DNA of 64,000 nucleotides from Candidatus Thorarchaeota archaeon (GTDB lineage Archaea > Asgardarchaeota > Thorarchaeia > Thorarchaeales > Thorarchaeaceae): NCBI GenBank assembly GCA_021498125.1, contig JAIZWL010000001.1, positions 1,104,099 through 1,168,098 on the forward strand, read 5' to 3'. The notes under the pieces were generated by a model. It was not told the DNA's origin. It saw only the letters and a program-made list of their open reading frames with translations, and did no database searches. Positions 38,349 through 46,898 of this stretch are shown here, piece by piece; the first letter of the stretch is position 1; every line of letters begins with the position of its first letter. The position numbers and the translations under genes are program-made.

Positions 38349-38467
38349 GTGCTTTCCAGTTGGAAGGCCCTGACGCGGAAACCTTGCGGGGCACAGGCTA
38401 GAAATAGCCTGCGTTACGAAGCAGGGAAGCGGGGGGCGACCCTGCTTCACTATTTTTCAAGCCCCGC
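38349..38467. ncRNA. Candidate structured RNA element (class unknown)
   Basis: This is a GC-rich patch in a 279-nt intergenic region. Plus-strand hairpins are CTTTCC-AGTT-GGAAGG (38352-38367), CAGGCTA-GAAA-TAGCCTG (38394-38411, a GNRA tetraloop) and GAAGCAGGG-(13 nt)-CCCTGCTTC (38418-38448). The loop GCGGGG (38429-38434) can pair with CCCCGC (38462-38467), a possible pseudoknot. T5 lies at 38453-38457. The strand is undetermined. Confidence 0.3.
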
Positions 38468-38503
38468 TCTCTATTCTTATGAGAGTGGATCATATCACAT
38501 GAA

Positions 38504-39742
38504 TCATAGACCACTGACTGCAATGCTCTTGAGATAACCTTTGCCTATTCTCATTGCCATTGGTAGGAAATCTGTTAACAGCTTCATGACCGTCCCGAGA
38601 CTCACATGGCCCTGAACGACCTCATTTAGGGTAGTTGCATCAAGCTCGCTCAAGACGATCTCGGCTGCCTCAATTGGATCATTGAACATTGCATACTTCG
38701 AGACCGCCCACATGCCCTTTCCTGTATTCTGAATATTATTTGCCAGTTTGGATGCTCTGTATTCTTTCTCATAGCGATAGACGCTCTTCTGTGAAAAGTC
38801 CTGTTCTTCTACCATGCGTCGCGCGTGTCTTGCAAGAAGCGTTCCTGCATGGAGGCATGTTGTTACACCGCCACCCACGATCGATGAGACCTGTCCCGCC
38901 GCATTTCCTACAAGTGCAACTCCTGCATCGGTAAAGCGCGGGATAATTCCTGCGCAGGGGACTACTCCACCATTTATCGCGGCGATCTTGGCATCTCTCG
39001 TCTCAGGATGGGTCTTCATGTATTTGCGTAGCACATCCTGCATTGGAGGTAAACGATTCCATTGGTCTTGGCTCGATGGGACTCGACCTATTCCAAGATT
39101 GACCTCGGTCTCACTGCGCGGGTACAACCAGAGGTAGCCAAGACCCACATCGCGCCCGACATAGAAGTACGCGGTGTTTGGATCTATTCCTTTGCACCCT
39201 TCGAGTTTAAACCTGTACCCATAGCTGAGAAGCCATTTGGGGTGAGTGAATCCCGCGGTGGCCGATACTCGACTGAAGGACCCATCTGCGCCGATGGTGA
39301 GTGGCGCTTGGACTTCTTCGGAACGATTGTATACCACTCCTGTGACCTGATTATCTTTCTTGATCACCCTGTCCACCCGTGCTTGGTACCTGAACTCGGC
39401 TCCATCTGCAATGGCTCTGTCTCTCATCAGCTCTTGGCACTTGTCCTCGTCAAGCAGGTATGAGTTTCCAAGGAGTGATCGGTCAACCACGATATTCGCT
39501 CCGGTATCGAGGCTTTCTCCAATGATCGCAGTGAACTTGTTGCCAACATACTCGGAGTCCGGTTTAATCCGCAGTAATTTGATGGCCTTATCCGTGACCA
39601 GCTCTCCCATCAATGAATCTGTCACTTTCGCTCTCTTTTCGAGAACCAGCGTCTTCAATCCTCGTGCTGCTGTCTGTTCAGCAGTCTTTAATCCAGCAGG
39701 GCCTGTGCCGGCCACCACAATGTCATAGGTCATCTTTAGCAC
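38504..39742 (-). CDS. FAD-dependent geranylgeranyl reductase family protein (archaeal lipid/isoprenoid saturation)
   Basis: The Rossmann motif 'YDIVVAGTGPAGLKTAEQTAARGLKTLVLEK' is present, with 'GADG' and 'LVGNAAGQVSSIVGGGV' motifs in GGR-like positions. Confidence 0.8.
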   Translation of the reverse strand: MLKMTYDIVVAGTGPAGLKTAEQTAARGLKTLVLEKRAKVTDSLMGELVTDKAIKLLRIKPDSEYVGNKFTAIIGESLDTGANIVVDRSLLGNSYLLDEDKCQELMRDRAIADGAEFRYQARVDRVIKKDNQVTGVVYNRSEEVQAPLTIGADGSFSRVSATAGFTHPKWLLSYGYRFKLEGCKGIDPNTAYFYVGRDVGLGYLWLYPRSETEVNLGIGRVPSSQDQWNRLPPMQDVLRKYMKTHPETRDAKIAAINGGVVPCAGIIPRFTDAGVALVGNAAGQVSSIVGGGVTTCLHAGTLLARHARRMVEEQDFSQKSVYRYEKEYRASKLANNIQNTGKGMWAVSKYAMFNDPIEAAEIVLSELDATTLNEVVQGHVSLGTVMKLLTDFLPMAMRIGKGYLKSIAVSGL

Positions 39743-39872
39743 CTTACGAATTATAACACAACGAGAAGCTAGTGTTCTTATCTGTTACTGCTACAGGTAG
39801 ATACACATAAAATGGACACATTAAAAGGGCGTTGTTGCGACTATACCTTTACCTCTCAGCGAGTGGTCAAGA

Positions 39873-40757
39873 ATGAAGGCCCGAACAATTCTCTACTCCC
39901 TCTATATGGTATTCTCCATACTGATCAGTATCACAGTTGCGGCATTTCCTACAAGCCTTCTCTTTCTCATTCTCTTTCAGAATGTGGATTCCGCACTTGA
40001 TCAGTTCGGCTTTCTCTTCCCATGGCTCAAGACAGAGTTCCAGACTATTCTGGGTCCCATAATCCCTCAGTTCTTCCTTCAGCATCTCTGGTTCTTTGTG
40101 TTCTTTATTCCCATAGCCTTTCTCTGCTATGCGATATTTTTGGGAACTTTGCTGGGGATGTTCCTTCTGTCTCGACGAGGTATTCCATTCCTGAAGGATG
40201 GGTACTATCCGATGGAGACCGAGGCTTGGCTGCTCTACGAGTATTATGAGATCTACTATGTCATCTTTCCTTACTTTGCATGGTTCTTTTCGGTCTTCTT
40301 AGATACCCGCCCGCGTCATACGCTATTCGGGGCCAAGATCGGAAAGAACACAGTTGTTGGAAATGGGCGACTATTCAATCCCGAACGAACCATTATTGGG
40401 GACAACTGTTTCTTTGGGTATGATGCGATATTAAGTGGCCATGTATATGAGAGTGGCCGTCTATATCTTAGAGAGGTACGTCTGGGTAACAATGTCACGA
40501 TTGGTGCCAATGCAGTGGTCCTTGCAGGTGCGGATATTGGCGATAATGTCATAGTTGCAGCCAATAGTACTGTTCCCAAAGACAAGAAGGTCCCTCCCGA
40601 CACGATCTGGGTGGCCGGAAGAGCCATACCTCGCAAGAAGACCCTGACGCTTACCGAGCTCGCACGACTGGGTATTCCTGCTGTTCCTCCTGCTGTCAGT
40701 TCTGAGATCATCGATGATACACAGGATGAACACACGGAAGAAACAACTGAGCAGTGA
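39873..40757 (+). CDS. Membrane-anchored hexapeptide-repeat (left-handed beta-helix) acyl/acetyltransferase
   Basis: About 5 N-terminal TM helices precede 'IGKNTVVGNGRLFNPERTIIGDNCFFGYDAILSGH...VRLGNNVTIGANAVVLAGADIGDNVIVAANSTVPKD'. Confidence 0.8.
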   Translation: MKARTILYSLYMVFSILISITVAAFPTSLLFLILFQNVDSALDQFGFLFPWLKTEFQTILGPIIPQFFLQHLWFFVFFIPIAFLCYAIFLGTLLGMFLLSRRGIPFLKDGYYPMETEAWLLYEYYEIYYVIFPYFAWFFSVFLDTRPRHTLFGAKIGKNTVVGNGRLFNPERTIIGDNCFFGYDAILSGHVYESGRLYLREVRLGNNVTIGANAVVLAGADIGDNVIVAANSTVPKDKKVPPDTIWVAGRAIPRKKTLTLTELARLGIPAVPPAVSSEIIDDTQDEHTEETTEQ

Positions 40758-40767
40758 AGGTGAACTT

Positions 40768-41166
40768 ATGATATTGTTGATGTTTCATCTAGAGAGTTTT
40801 TGGTATCGGCCGAACGAGGCCGACGAGGCGATCAAGGACGAGCACCGTTATGGTGATTCTATACTCGTCTGGATTCAAGCAGAGGAGCGCGACGAGGAGA
40901 ACAGGACTGCGGTCTTGAGAAAGATGGTGAAGAACATTCGTTGGCTTGCCCAAAAGGTCGGCACAAAGACTGTCATCCTACATTCGTTTGCTCATCTCGG
41001 TCCGAGCAAGGCTGACCCCAAGGTGGCTGACGAGATCATCGAGGAAGTTGCGGAACGATTGCGGGCCCGCGAGTTCGAGGTTCATATCGTTCCATTCGGG
41101 ATCTTTCACGAGTTTGCCATGCATGTGCGGGGACCATCCATTGCGAAGGTCTACAAGGCTTTCTAG
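40768..41166 (+). CDS. Free-standing homologue of the archaeal threonyl-tRNA synthetase editing domain (tRNA-Thr_ED / DTD-like fold)
   Basis: GGTGA lies upstream of ATG 40768. The segments 'LLMFHLESFWY', 'ILVWIQAEERDEENRTAV', 'VILHSFAHLGPSKADPKVA' and 'VPFGIFHEFAMHVRGPSIAKV' are colinear with the remembered Pyrococcus ThrRS N-terminal domain ('LLIHSDYIEY', 'VLVAFISVEKVDEKN', 'VFVYPFAHLSSELAKPSVA', '[21 protein letters not shown]'). Confidence 0.55.
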   Translation: MILLMFHLESFWYRPNEADEAIKDEHRYGDSILVWIQAEERDEENRTAVLRKMVKNIRWLAQKVGTKTVILHSFAHLGPSKADPKVADEIIEEVAERLRAREFEVHIVPFGIFHEFAMHVRGPSIAKVYKAF

Positions 41167-41207
41167 ATGACTTCTTAACGGCTCGTGACGATGAGATACT
41201 GAAACCG

Positions 41208-42623
41208 ATGACCGAGACAAAAAGCAAGTACACTCCACGTGGATATCAGGAGTATCTCCTTGACAGGATTGTTCAATTGAAGGGGACCAATCTTCTACTC
41301 GAGCTTGATTGCGGTCTCGGAAAACGATTCATCACCCATCAGATAATCACAAAGCGGTTCCCGGATCTAAAGTTCATTATTGTTGTACATTCCTCATCAT
41401 CGCTTGTTGAGACCGTTGACTACCTTCGTGGAGAGTATGGGGGTCTTGATGACGAGCTTGGAGAACTGTCCTCTCGCGTCCCGAGTCGACGGCGTGTTCA
41501 GATGCTCGAAGATAACCGGATCATCGTATCTACACCCCAAGTTCTTGCTGGAATGCTCCAGAAACATCTGGACCACTTTGAGTCGTTCGATGCCGTGCTG
41601 ATCAATGAGGTCGATACTCTGATCAGAAGGACCAGTGGCCGCACCACGCTGATATTTCCATGGCCTACTATTCTCTCACTTACCGAGGGGAAGTGGATAA
41701 TTGGAATGAGCGGCACTCTGCGGGATGATCATGCAGTCTTCAATGAAGAGCAGATCGAGATTCGTAGAGAGTTGGTCACTCTCCAGAAGCATATCCGCGA
41801 TGCTGTAGTGATCTCCATGGATGAACTCTACGGGACCGATGTGGAGGACTTTCTGGAACCAACTCTCCTGAAGGTCGAGCCCGTGGCCGATACTAAGATT
41901 CGATCGATAGCCCACGTCATTGACGAGATCATTCGTGACACACGTGGGGAGATTCGACAGCAACTTGACGAGGAGGGGAATCTTCACCTTATCGGTGATG
42001 ATGTTCGACGGATCCATCTTATGCTCGAACGGCTGCCCATTGACGATGAACTGAAGGGTCGCTATTCAGGTCTTCTGATGCTACGAAAATACATCTATGC
42101 TATGCCACCCCACCAGTTCCTGCGTATGTTCCGTGGCAAGACCATCACCCACTACTTCGATGTCGCCGCACTTCGTCGCACGTTTCCAAAGGTCTCCTCA
42201 AAGACTTGGAGAGTCGTGGAGATCGCTAAAGATCACACAAAGACGCTTGTCCTGACCTCCTATCTTGAGATGGTCTCTCAGATCAAGTGGGCTCTTGAAA
42301 AGGCTGGTCTGCAGGCGCTCACGATCACCGGGCAGACGCGAAATGCGCGGGATGTTCTACGCCAGTTCCGTGAGGATGTTGATGCTCGGGTCTTGGTACT
42401 CTCCCCTGTTGGCGAACGCGATCTGGATATTCCTCAGGCTGAGGTCATGGTCGTCTGTGACACGATCAACACGACCAAGACAATGTATCAGAAGTTCAAG
42501 CGTACCCGCGGTGGTCTTGTTGTGCTTCTTGTCTATCAAGGAACGTATGAAGAACGAAAGGCGCATTATCTGCTCAAATCGGTGGCCGAAAAGTATCCGT
42601 GGTCTGTGACGATCGCGGAATAG
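41208..42623 (+). CDS. Superfamily-2 helicase-like protein with non-canonical motifs I and II
   Basis: 'PRGYQ' is present. Motif I is 'DCGLGKRF' (Arg where Thr/Ser is expected). Motif II is 'LINEVD' (Asn where the first Asp of DExx is expected). Motif III is 'MSGTL', the motif V region is 'VLSPVGERDLDIPQAEVMV' and motif VI is 'QKFKRTRG'. There is no HD or nuclease domain. Confidence 0.7.
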   Translation: MTETKSKYTPRGYQEYLLDRIVQLKGTNLLLELDCGLGKRFITHQIITKRFPDLKFIIVVHSSSSLVETVDYLRGEYGGLDDELGELSSRVPSRRRVQMLEDNRIIVSTPQVLAGMLQKHLDHFESFDAVLINEVDTLIRRTSGRTTLIFPWPTILSLTEGKWIIGMSGTLRDDHAVFNEEQIEIRRELVTLQKHIRDAVVISMDELYGTDVEDFLEPTLLKVEPVADTKIRSIAHVIDEIIRDTRGEIRQQLDEEGNLHLIGDDVRRIHLMLERLPIDDELKGRYSGLLMLRKYIYAMPPHQFLRMFRGKTITHYFDVAALRRTFPKVSSKTWRVVEIAKDHTKTLVLTSYLEMVSQIKWALEKAGLQALTITGQTRNARDVLRQFREDVDARVLVLSPVGERDLDIPQAEVMVVCDTINTTKTMYQKFKRTRGGLVVLLVYQGTYEERKAHYLLKSVAEKYPWSVTIAE

Positions 42624-42675
42624 TGAGATATGGCCTTCGGAGACCGTGTTTTCTCATTCCTCCCAAGAGTTATTT

Positions 42676-43896
42676 ATGTTAGTACGAATTATTTCGATGA
42701 TTGGAATGAGGAAATCTGTGCTCGTTTGTCTTATTGCGTTCATGATTGTGTTTGCAGGTGTGATATTATATTATTATACGCATCGGCCAATACATCTCAA
42801 TGCTACAGTTGTCTCACAACTGACAGGCCAAGATGCGCTTAACAATACGCAGACTGTTGATGTCAATGGAACAGACCTTGGGATTGTGTTCGATCATCAA
42901 GGTATGCTCTACTACATGTTTGGCGACACGTTCGGTTGTGGTACTGGGTTCGCGTTGAACTGGCGTTCTAACACACTGGCCTATTCTACTGACACCGATC
43001 CAAGTGATGGGATCATGCTCAAAGGCTGGATCATCCAACCACGCTCAACGTATGCAAAGGAATTGATTGGAAGTCTGAAACAGGATAATGTCGAGATGAC
43101 CTCCATTCCCACAGCCGTCTATTCTGACAACCACACGATCTACGTCTACTATATGAGTGTCAAACATTGGTCCTCAACTGGTGGAATGTGGACATGTAAC
43201 AATGCAAGTATTGCGTACTCTACAGACAATGGTCAGAACTTTGTCAAGGCGGGGAATATCAGCTGGCCCGGCGACAGTAATTTTGTGCAATTCGGTGTTG
43301 CTCAAGGAGCTCCTTCTGATCAACTCATATCCTCTGGTGACTACATCTATCTGTTGGCCACCGGAAGTGGTCGTTTCAAGGGGGCCTATTTGATGCGTGC
43401 TCCCAGAAATGCCCTGCTCAATCAGCTTGGTTACTCGTATTTTGCAGGTCTCAATTCGAGTGGTGGTCCCACTTGGACATCGGACATGACTCAGGCTCAG
43501 TTGGTTCTCCAGAAACCTGTTGGTGAACTCTCAGTGATGTGGAACTCGTACTTGAACAAGTGGACTGTGTGGTACACTAATAATGTAGCCTTTGCAATAA
43601 CACTACGAACTGCTGATAATTTATGGGGCCCATGGAGCGATCCGGTCATCGTGGCCGACGCCAAGACATACCCTGGTCTATACGGATCATATGTGCATCC
43701 TTCTCTTGTAGAAAAGAGTGGTTCTGTTGTATATTTCATTATGAGCCGTTGGAGCGTCTACAACACCTTTGTCATGCGTGTTGATCTATCTCCGATAGGG
43801 CCACCTGTCAGGGCCACAACTCTATCTCCCCAAATGTATGCAATTCCCCGATCGCAGTTTCGAGACCTCTTCTTCGCTTCAACATTACGATTATAA
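42676..43896 (+). CDS. DUF4185-domain protein (sialidase-like beta-propeller, putative glycan hydrolase), membrane-anchored
   Basis: An N-terminal anchor (VLVCLIAFMIVFAGVILYYY) is present. The segment 'VNGTDLGIVFDHQGMLYYMFGDTFG...WRSNTLAYSTD' matches the DUF4185 hallmark. The ORF opens at GTG 42646, and the first ATGs are at 42676, 42697 and 42706. Confidence 0.6.
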   Translation: MLVRIISMIGMRKSVLVCLIAFMIVFAGVILYYYTHRPIHLNATVVSQLTGQDALNNTQTVDVNGTDLGIVFDHQGMLYYMFGDTFGCGTGFALNWRSNTLAYSTDTDPSDGIMLKGWIIQPRSTYAKELIGSLKQDNVEMTSIPTAVYSDNHTIYVYYMSVKHWSSTGGMWTCNNASIAYSTDNGQNFVKAGNISWPGDSNFVQFGVAQGAPSDQLISSGDYIYLLATGSGRFKGAYLMRAPRNALLNQLGYSYFAGLNSSGGPTWTSDMTQAQLVLQKPVGELSVMWNSYLNKWTVWYTNNVAFAITLRTADNLWGPWSDPVIVADAKTYPGLYGSYVHPSLVEKSGSVVYFIMSRWSVYNTFVMRVDLSPIGPPVRATTLSPQMYAIPRSQFRDLFFASTLRL

Positions 43897-44377
43897 GCTC
43901 TGTCTGTTTGATTGCCAGCGAATCACATTGTCTTTGGAATTGGGTTCGAGCATAGGCATTGGATTGGACATTGCAGAGGTCAATAGGTTTCGAAGCTTGG
44001 GTGTCACACACCCCTTCTTTACACGTGTCTTTACGGTTTCCGAACGCGACTACTGCATGACATACTCCGACCCATTTCCCCATTTTGCAGGGCTATTTGC
44101 TGCAAAGGAGGCCGTGATAAAAGCACTCTCTCATCAGGCATATCTTCCCCTACAGAGAGTTGAGATCCAACATTCTCCCTCAGGTTCCCCTCAGGTCAGT
44201 GTCCCTGTTACTATTACACGGTCTATCATTCTGAGTATATCTCATTCCAGCCAGTATGCTGTTGCAGTGGCTCTCTCCCTGAGCCCGAATGGCACCATCG
44301 ACCCCGACGAATTGCATCTCATGATCGAGACTCTTGCTACTAAAGCACTGCCAATGGAGGTTTCCCAAAGTGAGTGA
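43838..44377 (+). CDS. acpS: Holo-[acyl-carrier-protein] synthase (AcpS-type 4'-phosphopantetheinyl transferase)
   Basis: The segments 'IGIGLDIAEVNRF', 'VFTVSERDYC', 'FAGLFAAKEAVIKAL' and 'ISHSSQYAVAVAL' fit the AcpS pattern. The conserved domain starts near TTG 43928/43940, so the true start is probably downstream of ATG 43838, which overlaps the previous gene by 59 nt. Confidence 0.75.
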   Translation: MQFPDRSFETSSSLQHYDYKLCLFDCQRITLSLELGSSIGIGLDIAEVNRFRSLGVTHPFFTRVFTVSERDYCMTYSDPFPHFAGLFAAKEAVIKALSHQAYLPLQRVEIQHSPSGSPQVSVPVTITRSIILSISHSSQYAVAVALSLSPNGTIDPDELHLMIETLATKALPMEVSQSE

Positions 44378-46199
44378 GAAACTTGCCAAACTATTAGGAG
44401 TCGTCCGGACAGATCCTTCCTATCTTAACTTATGGAGCACCTACAAACGAATCCAGACAATGGATCTCCCCACCCCAGACGACCTTAACAAGATCGTACG
44501 GCTTGCAGTCATTGGGTCATCTACACTCGAACCGCTGGCAGCCTGTGTGGATGTCAAGACACGACTGCTTGGATTATTCCCCATCACCTTTGTTGGTGGT
44601 TTCAACACCTATCGGCAAGAGGCCCTTGATCCCTCTTCTCCATTGTATGCTCACAATGCTGATGTGATCATTCTATCCGTGGACGCTTGGTCTCTGCTAG
44701 GTCAGATGTTTATAGCCGAGTTTGTGAGAATGTCTTCTGACGATAGGCGTGCCGCCTTTCAGAAGATTGTTGATGATGTTGCTTCTGTGGCCGAGGCTCT
44801 TGAAACGAAGACATCCTCTCTCATCCTCGTCAATAATTTCATTGTTCCAACTTTTACTCCCTTGGGTCTTGTGGATAACAAACAGGCGTATGGTCTTCGT
44901 GATCTCTTTCGAGAGGCGAATGCTCAACTAGAAGAGCGATTTCGTGCCACGAGCCGAGTCTTCGTTGTGGATCTTGATACTGTCGCAGCCTCTTTTGGTA
45001 AGGCGAATGTAGTCAATTGGAATACCTACTATCGTGGCTCAGTCCCGTTCAGTGAGGGATTCACGCCCATACTTGCGGATGAGTATTTACGGTATATCCG
45101 GGCTCTAAAAGGCCTGACGAAGAAGTGCATAGTTTTGGACTTGGACAATACGCTCTGGGGCGGGATCATCGGGGAAGACGGCATGGAAGGGATCAAGCTT
45201 GGAAATACCTCTCCCGGTAACGAGTTTGTAGATTTTCAGAGAGCATTACTCTCACTGTACAATCGTGGTGTGATTCTTGCTGTCAATAGCAAGAACAATC
45301 CTGATGATGCTCTTCAAGTGCTTCGGGAGCACCCGTATCAAGTGCTTCGTGAGGAGCATTTTGCAGCTCTCAGGATTAACTGGCAGAGTAAGGTGCAAAA
45401 CCTCATAGAGCTTGCTCATGAGATCAATATCGGTCTTGACAGCATGGTCTTCATAGACGACAATCCCGTTGAACGTGAGCAGGTCCGACAGGCACTGCCA
45501 GAGGTTCTGGTTGTAGACCTTCCAAAGAATCCACGCCTCTATCGCGCCACACTTGAGGATCTTCATGTCTTTGATGTTCTCTCCCTCACGGCTGAAGATA
45601 TGCGTCGTGGGGAGATGTACGTGGGTAAGCGGAAACGTGCCGAGCTAGAGCGATCAACAGGGTCTCTTGAGGATTTTCTCAAAACACTGGATCTGAAAGT
45701 TCGCATTAAGCTTGCTGACGATTTTGATACCCCGCGAGTGGTTCAACTTATCGGCAAGACCAACCAGTTCAATCTCACGACCCGCCGGCACACCGATGCC
45801 GAAGTCCAGCAGTTTCGCAAGTCGCCTGATCACCGTGTCTATAGTCTGGCTGTCCGCGACCGCTTCGGGGACGAGGGAGTTGTCGGTGTGGCGATTACTC
45901 GTGCTGAGAAGACTGACTGGATCATTGACACACTTCTGATGAGTTGCCGTGTCATAGGTCGTAACATCGAGACCGCCTTTCTTGCGAAGATTATTGCTGA
46001 TGCACGCGAGGCAGGTGCGAAGCGTCTTGTCGGAGAGTACATTCCAACAAAGAAGAACGCTCCAGCGAAGGACTTGTATGAGAGGCACAACTTTACGCTT
46101 CTCGGTACTGAAGGCGATGTGACACGTTGGGCCTTGGATATCACAGAAAAGACCATTGAAGTACCTGAATACATAGAACTTGTCGAGGAATGGCCATGA
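44334..46199 (+). CDS. FkbH-like HAD-IIIC phosphatase / acyl-ACP loading enzyme with C-terminal GNAT-like domain
   Basis: The HAD motif I is 'CIVLDLDNTLWGG' (about 45127-45165). The segments 'ILAVNSKNNPDDALQVL', 'INWQSK' and 'MVFIDDNPVEREQV' match the FkbH/TIGR01686 pattern. An alternative start, GTG 44370, overlaps the acpS stop. Confidence 0.75.
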   Translation: MLLKHCQWRFPKVSEKLAKLLGVVRTDPSYLNLWSTYKRIQTMDLPTPDDLNKIVRLAVIGSSTLEPLAACVDVKTRLLGLFPITFVGGFNTYRQEALDPSSPLYAHNADVIILSVDAWSLLGQMFIAEFVRMSSDDRRAAFQKIVDDVASVAEALETKTSSLILVNNFIVPTFTPLGLVDNKQAYGLRDLFREANAQLEERFRATSRVFVVDLDTVAASFGKANVVNWNTYYRGSVPFSEGFTPILADEYLRYIRALKGLTKKCIVLDLDNTLWGGIIGEDGMEGIKLGNTSPGNEFVDFQRALLSLYNRGVILAVNSKNNPDDALQVLREHPYQVLREEHFAALRINWQSKVQNLIELAHEINIGLDSMVFIDDNPVEREQVRQALPEVLVVDLPKNPRLYRATLEDLHVFDVLSLTAEDMRRGEMYVGKRKRAELERSTGSLEDFLKTLDLKVRIKLADDFDTPRVVQLIGKTNQFNLTTRRHTDAEVQQFRKSPDHRVYSLAVRDRFGDEGVVGVAITRAEKTDWIIDTLLMSCRVIGRNIETAFLAKIIADAREAGAKRLVGEYIPTKKNAPAKDLYERHNFTLLGTEGDVTRWALDITEKTIEVPEYIELVEEWP

Positions 46200-46432
46200 G
46201 CAGCACCGATGAACGACTGGTAGAGATCGTTAGCAAGGTCCTCTTGCTCGATTCGGAACAGGTGACAGACAGTCTCCGCAGAAAGGAGTATGAGCCGTGG
46301 GACTCCATGGCCCACCTTGTCCTCATCTCGGAGATCGAGAACGAATTTGGAATCTTCTTTGAAGACGAAGAGGTCGCTGATATCTGGACAGTAGGTGACT
46401 TGAGAAAAGTTCTGGCCTCAAAGATCAGTTAG
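46190..46432 (+). CDS. Acyl carrier protein (phosphopantetheine attachment WDSM motif)
   Basis: The protein is 80 aa, acidic and four-helix-like. In 'EPWDSMAHLVLISEIENEFGI' the Ser codon is at 46304-46306. The start overlaps the FkbH stop (ATG 46190, or ATG 46196 forming ATGA). Confidence 0.75.
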   Translation: MAMSSTDERLVEIVSKVLLLDSEQVTDSLRRKEYEPWDSMAHLVLISEIENEFGIFFEDEEVADIWTVGDLRKVLASKIS

Positions 46433-46898
46433 TCTCGTTTTGCTTTACGGGCTGGCGTTCAAGTCTCTGGACCATTCTTGCAGGATTCCCGGCGACCATT
46501 GTCCACGCTTGGACATCACGGCTGACCACTGCTCCAGCCGCCACAATTGCTCCCTTTCCGATTCTGACCCCGGGCAGGATAATTGCTCCACTGGCGATCC
46601 ACGCGCCGTCCTCAATGACGACCTTCTTTGGCGGATTGCTATAAGCTCCTGTAAACCTGTGGTATGGACTTGTTCCCGAATGGGCCATGATCTGCACGCC
46701 CGGACCTAATGAGACCCAATCGCCAATCTCGACCATGTCTGGATGTTCACTGTCGATCTGAACAAGATAACCCATAAAGACCCCCTTGCCAATCTTGACA
46801 CCACATCTTCGATGCACCGCTGCACGAAATTGCCAGAACGGCGAGAGCCACGCCAAGACTCTGAGAAGTCGTCCCATCAGTTTACCCATTCTAATCAC
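46425..46898 (-). CDS. Hexapeptide-repeat O-acetyltransferase (WcaF/Maa-like)
   Basis: The segments 'VKIGKGVFMGYLVQID...VEIGDWVSLGPGVQIM' and 'VVIEDGAWIASGAIILPGVRIGKGAIVAAGAVVSRDV' are present. Confidence 0.8.
   Translation of the reverse strand: MIRMGKLMGRLLRVLAWLSPFWQFRAAVHRRCGVKIGKGVFMGYLVQIDSEHPDMVEIGDWVSLGPGVQIMAHSGTSPYHRFTGAYSNPPKKVVIEDGAWIASGAIILPGVRIGKGAIVAAGAVVSRDVQAWTMVAGNPARMVQRLERQPVKQNETN

Noticed and set aside
38349-38537. 62-aa ORF in the GGR/TrmB-like intergenic region
   Set aside because: It coincides with the stack of perfect hairpins, so the region is more plausibly RNA structure. There is no SD sequence, and its 3' end overlaps the GGR gene in antisense.
41208-42623. 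Possibility that the SF2 helicase is a Cas3 serving the CRISPR array
   Set aside because: It has no HD nuclease domain and no neighbouring cas genes, it lies 28 kb from the array, and its helicase motifs I and II are degenerate.
44586-44600. GTTTCAACAC inside the FkbH-like gene, matching the first 10 nt of the CRISPR repeat
   Set aside because: Only 10 of 29 nt match and the similarity stops there. It lies in frame within a conserved coding region, so a chance match is most likely.
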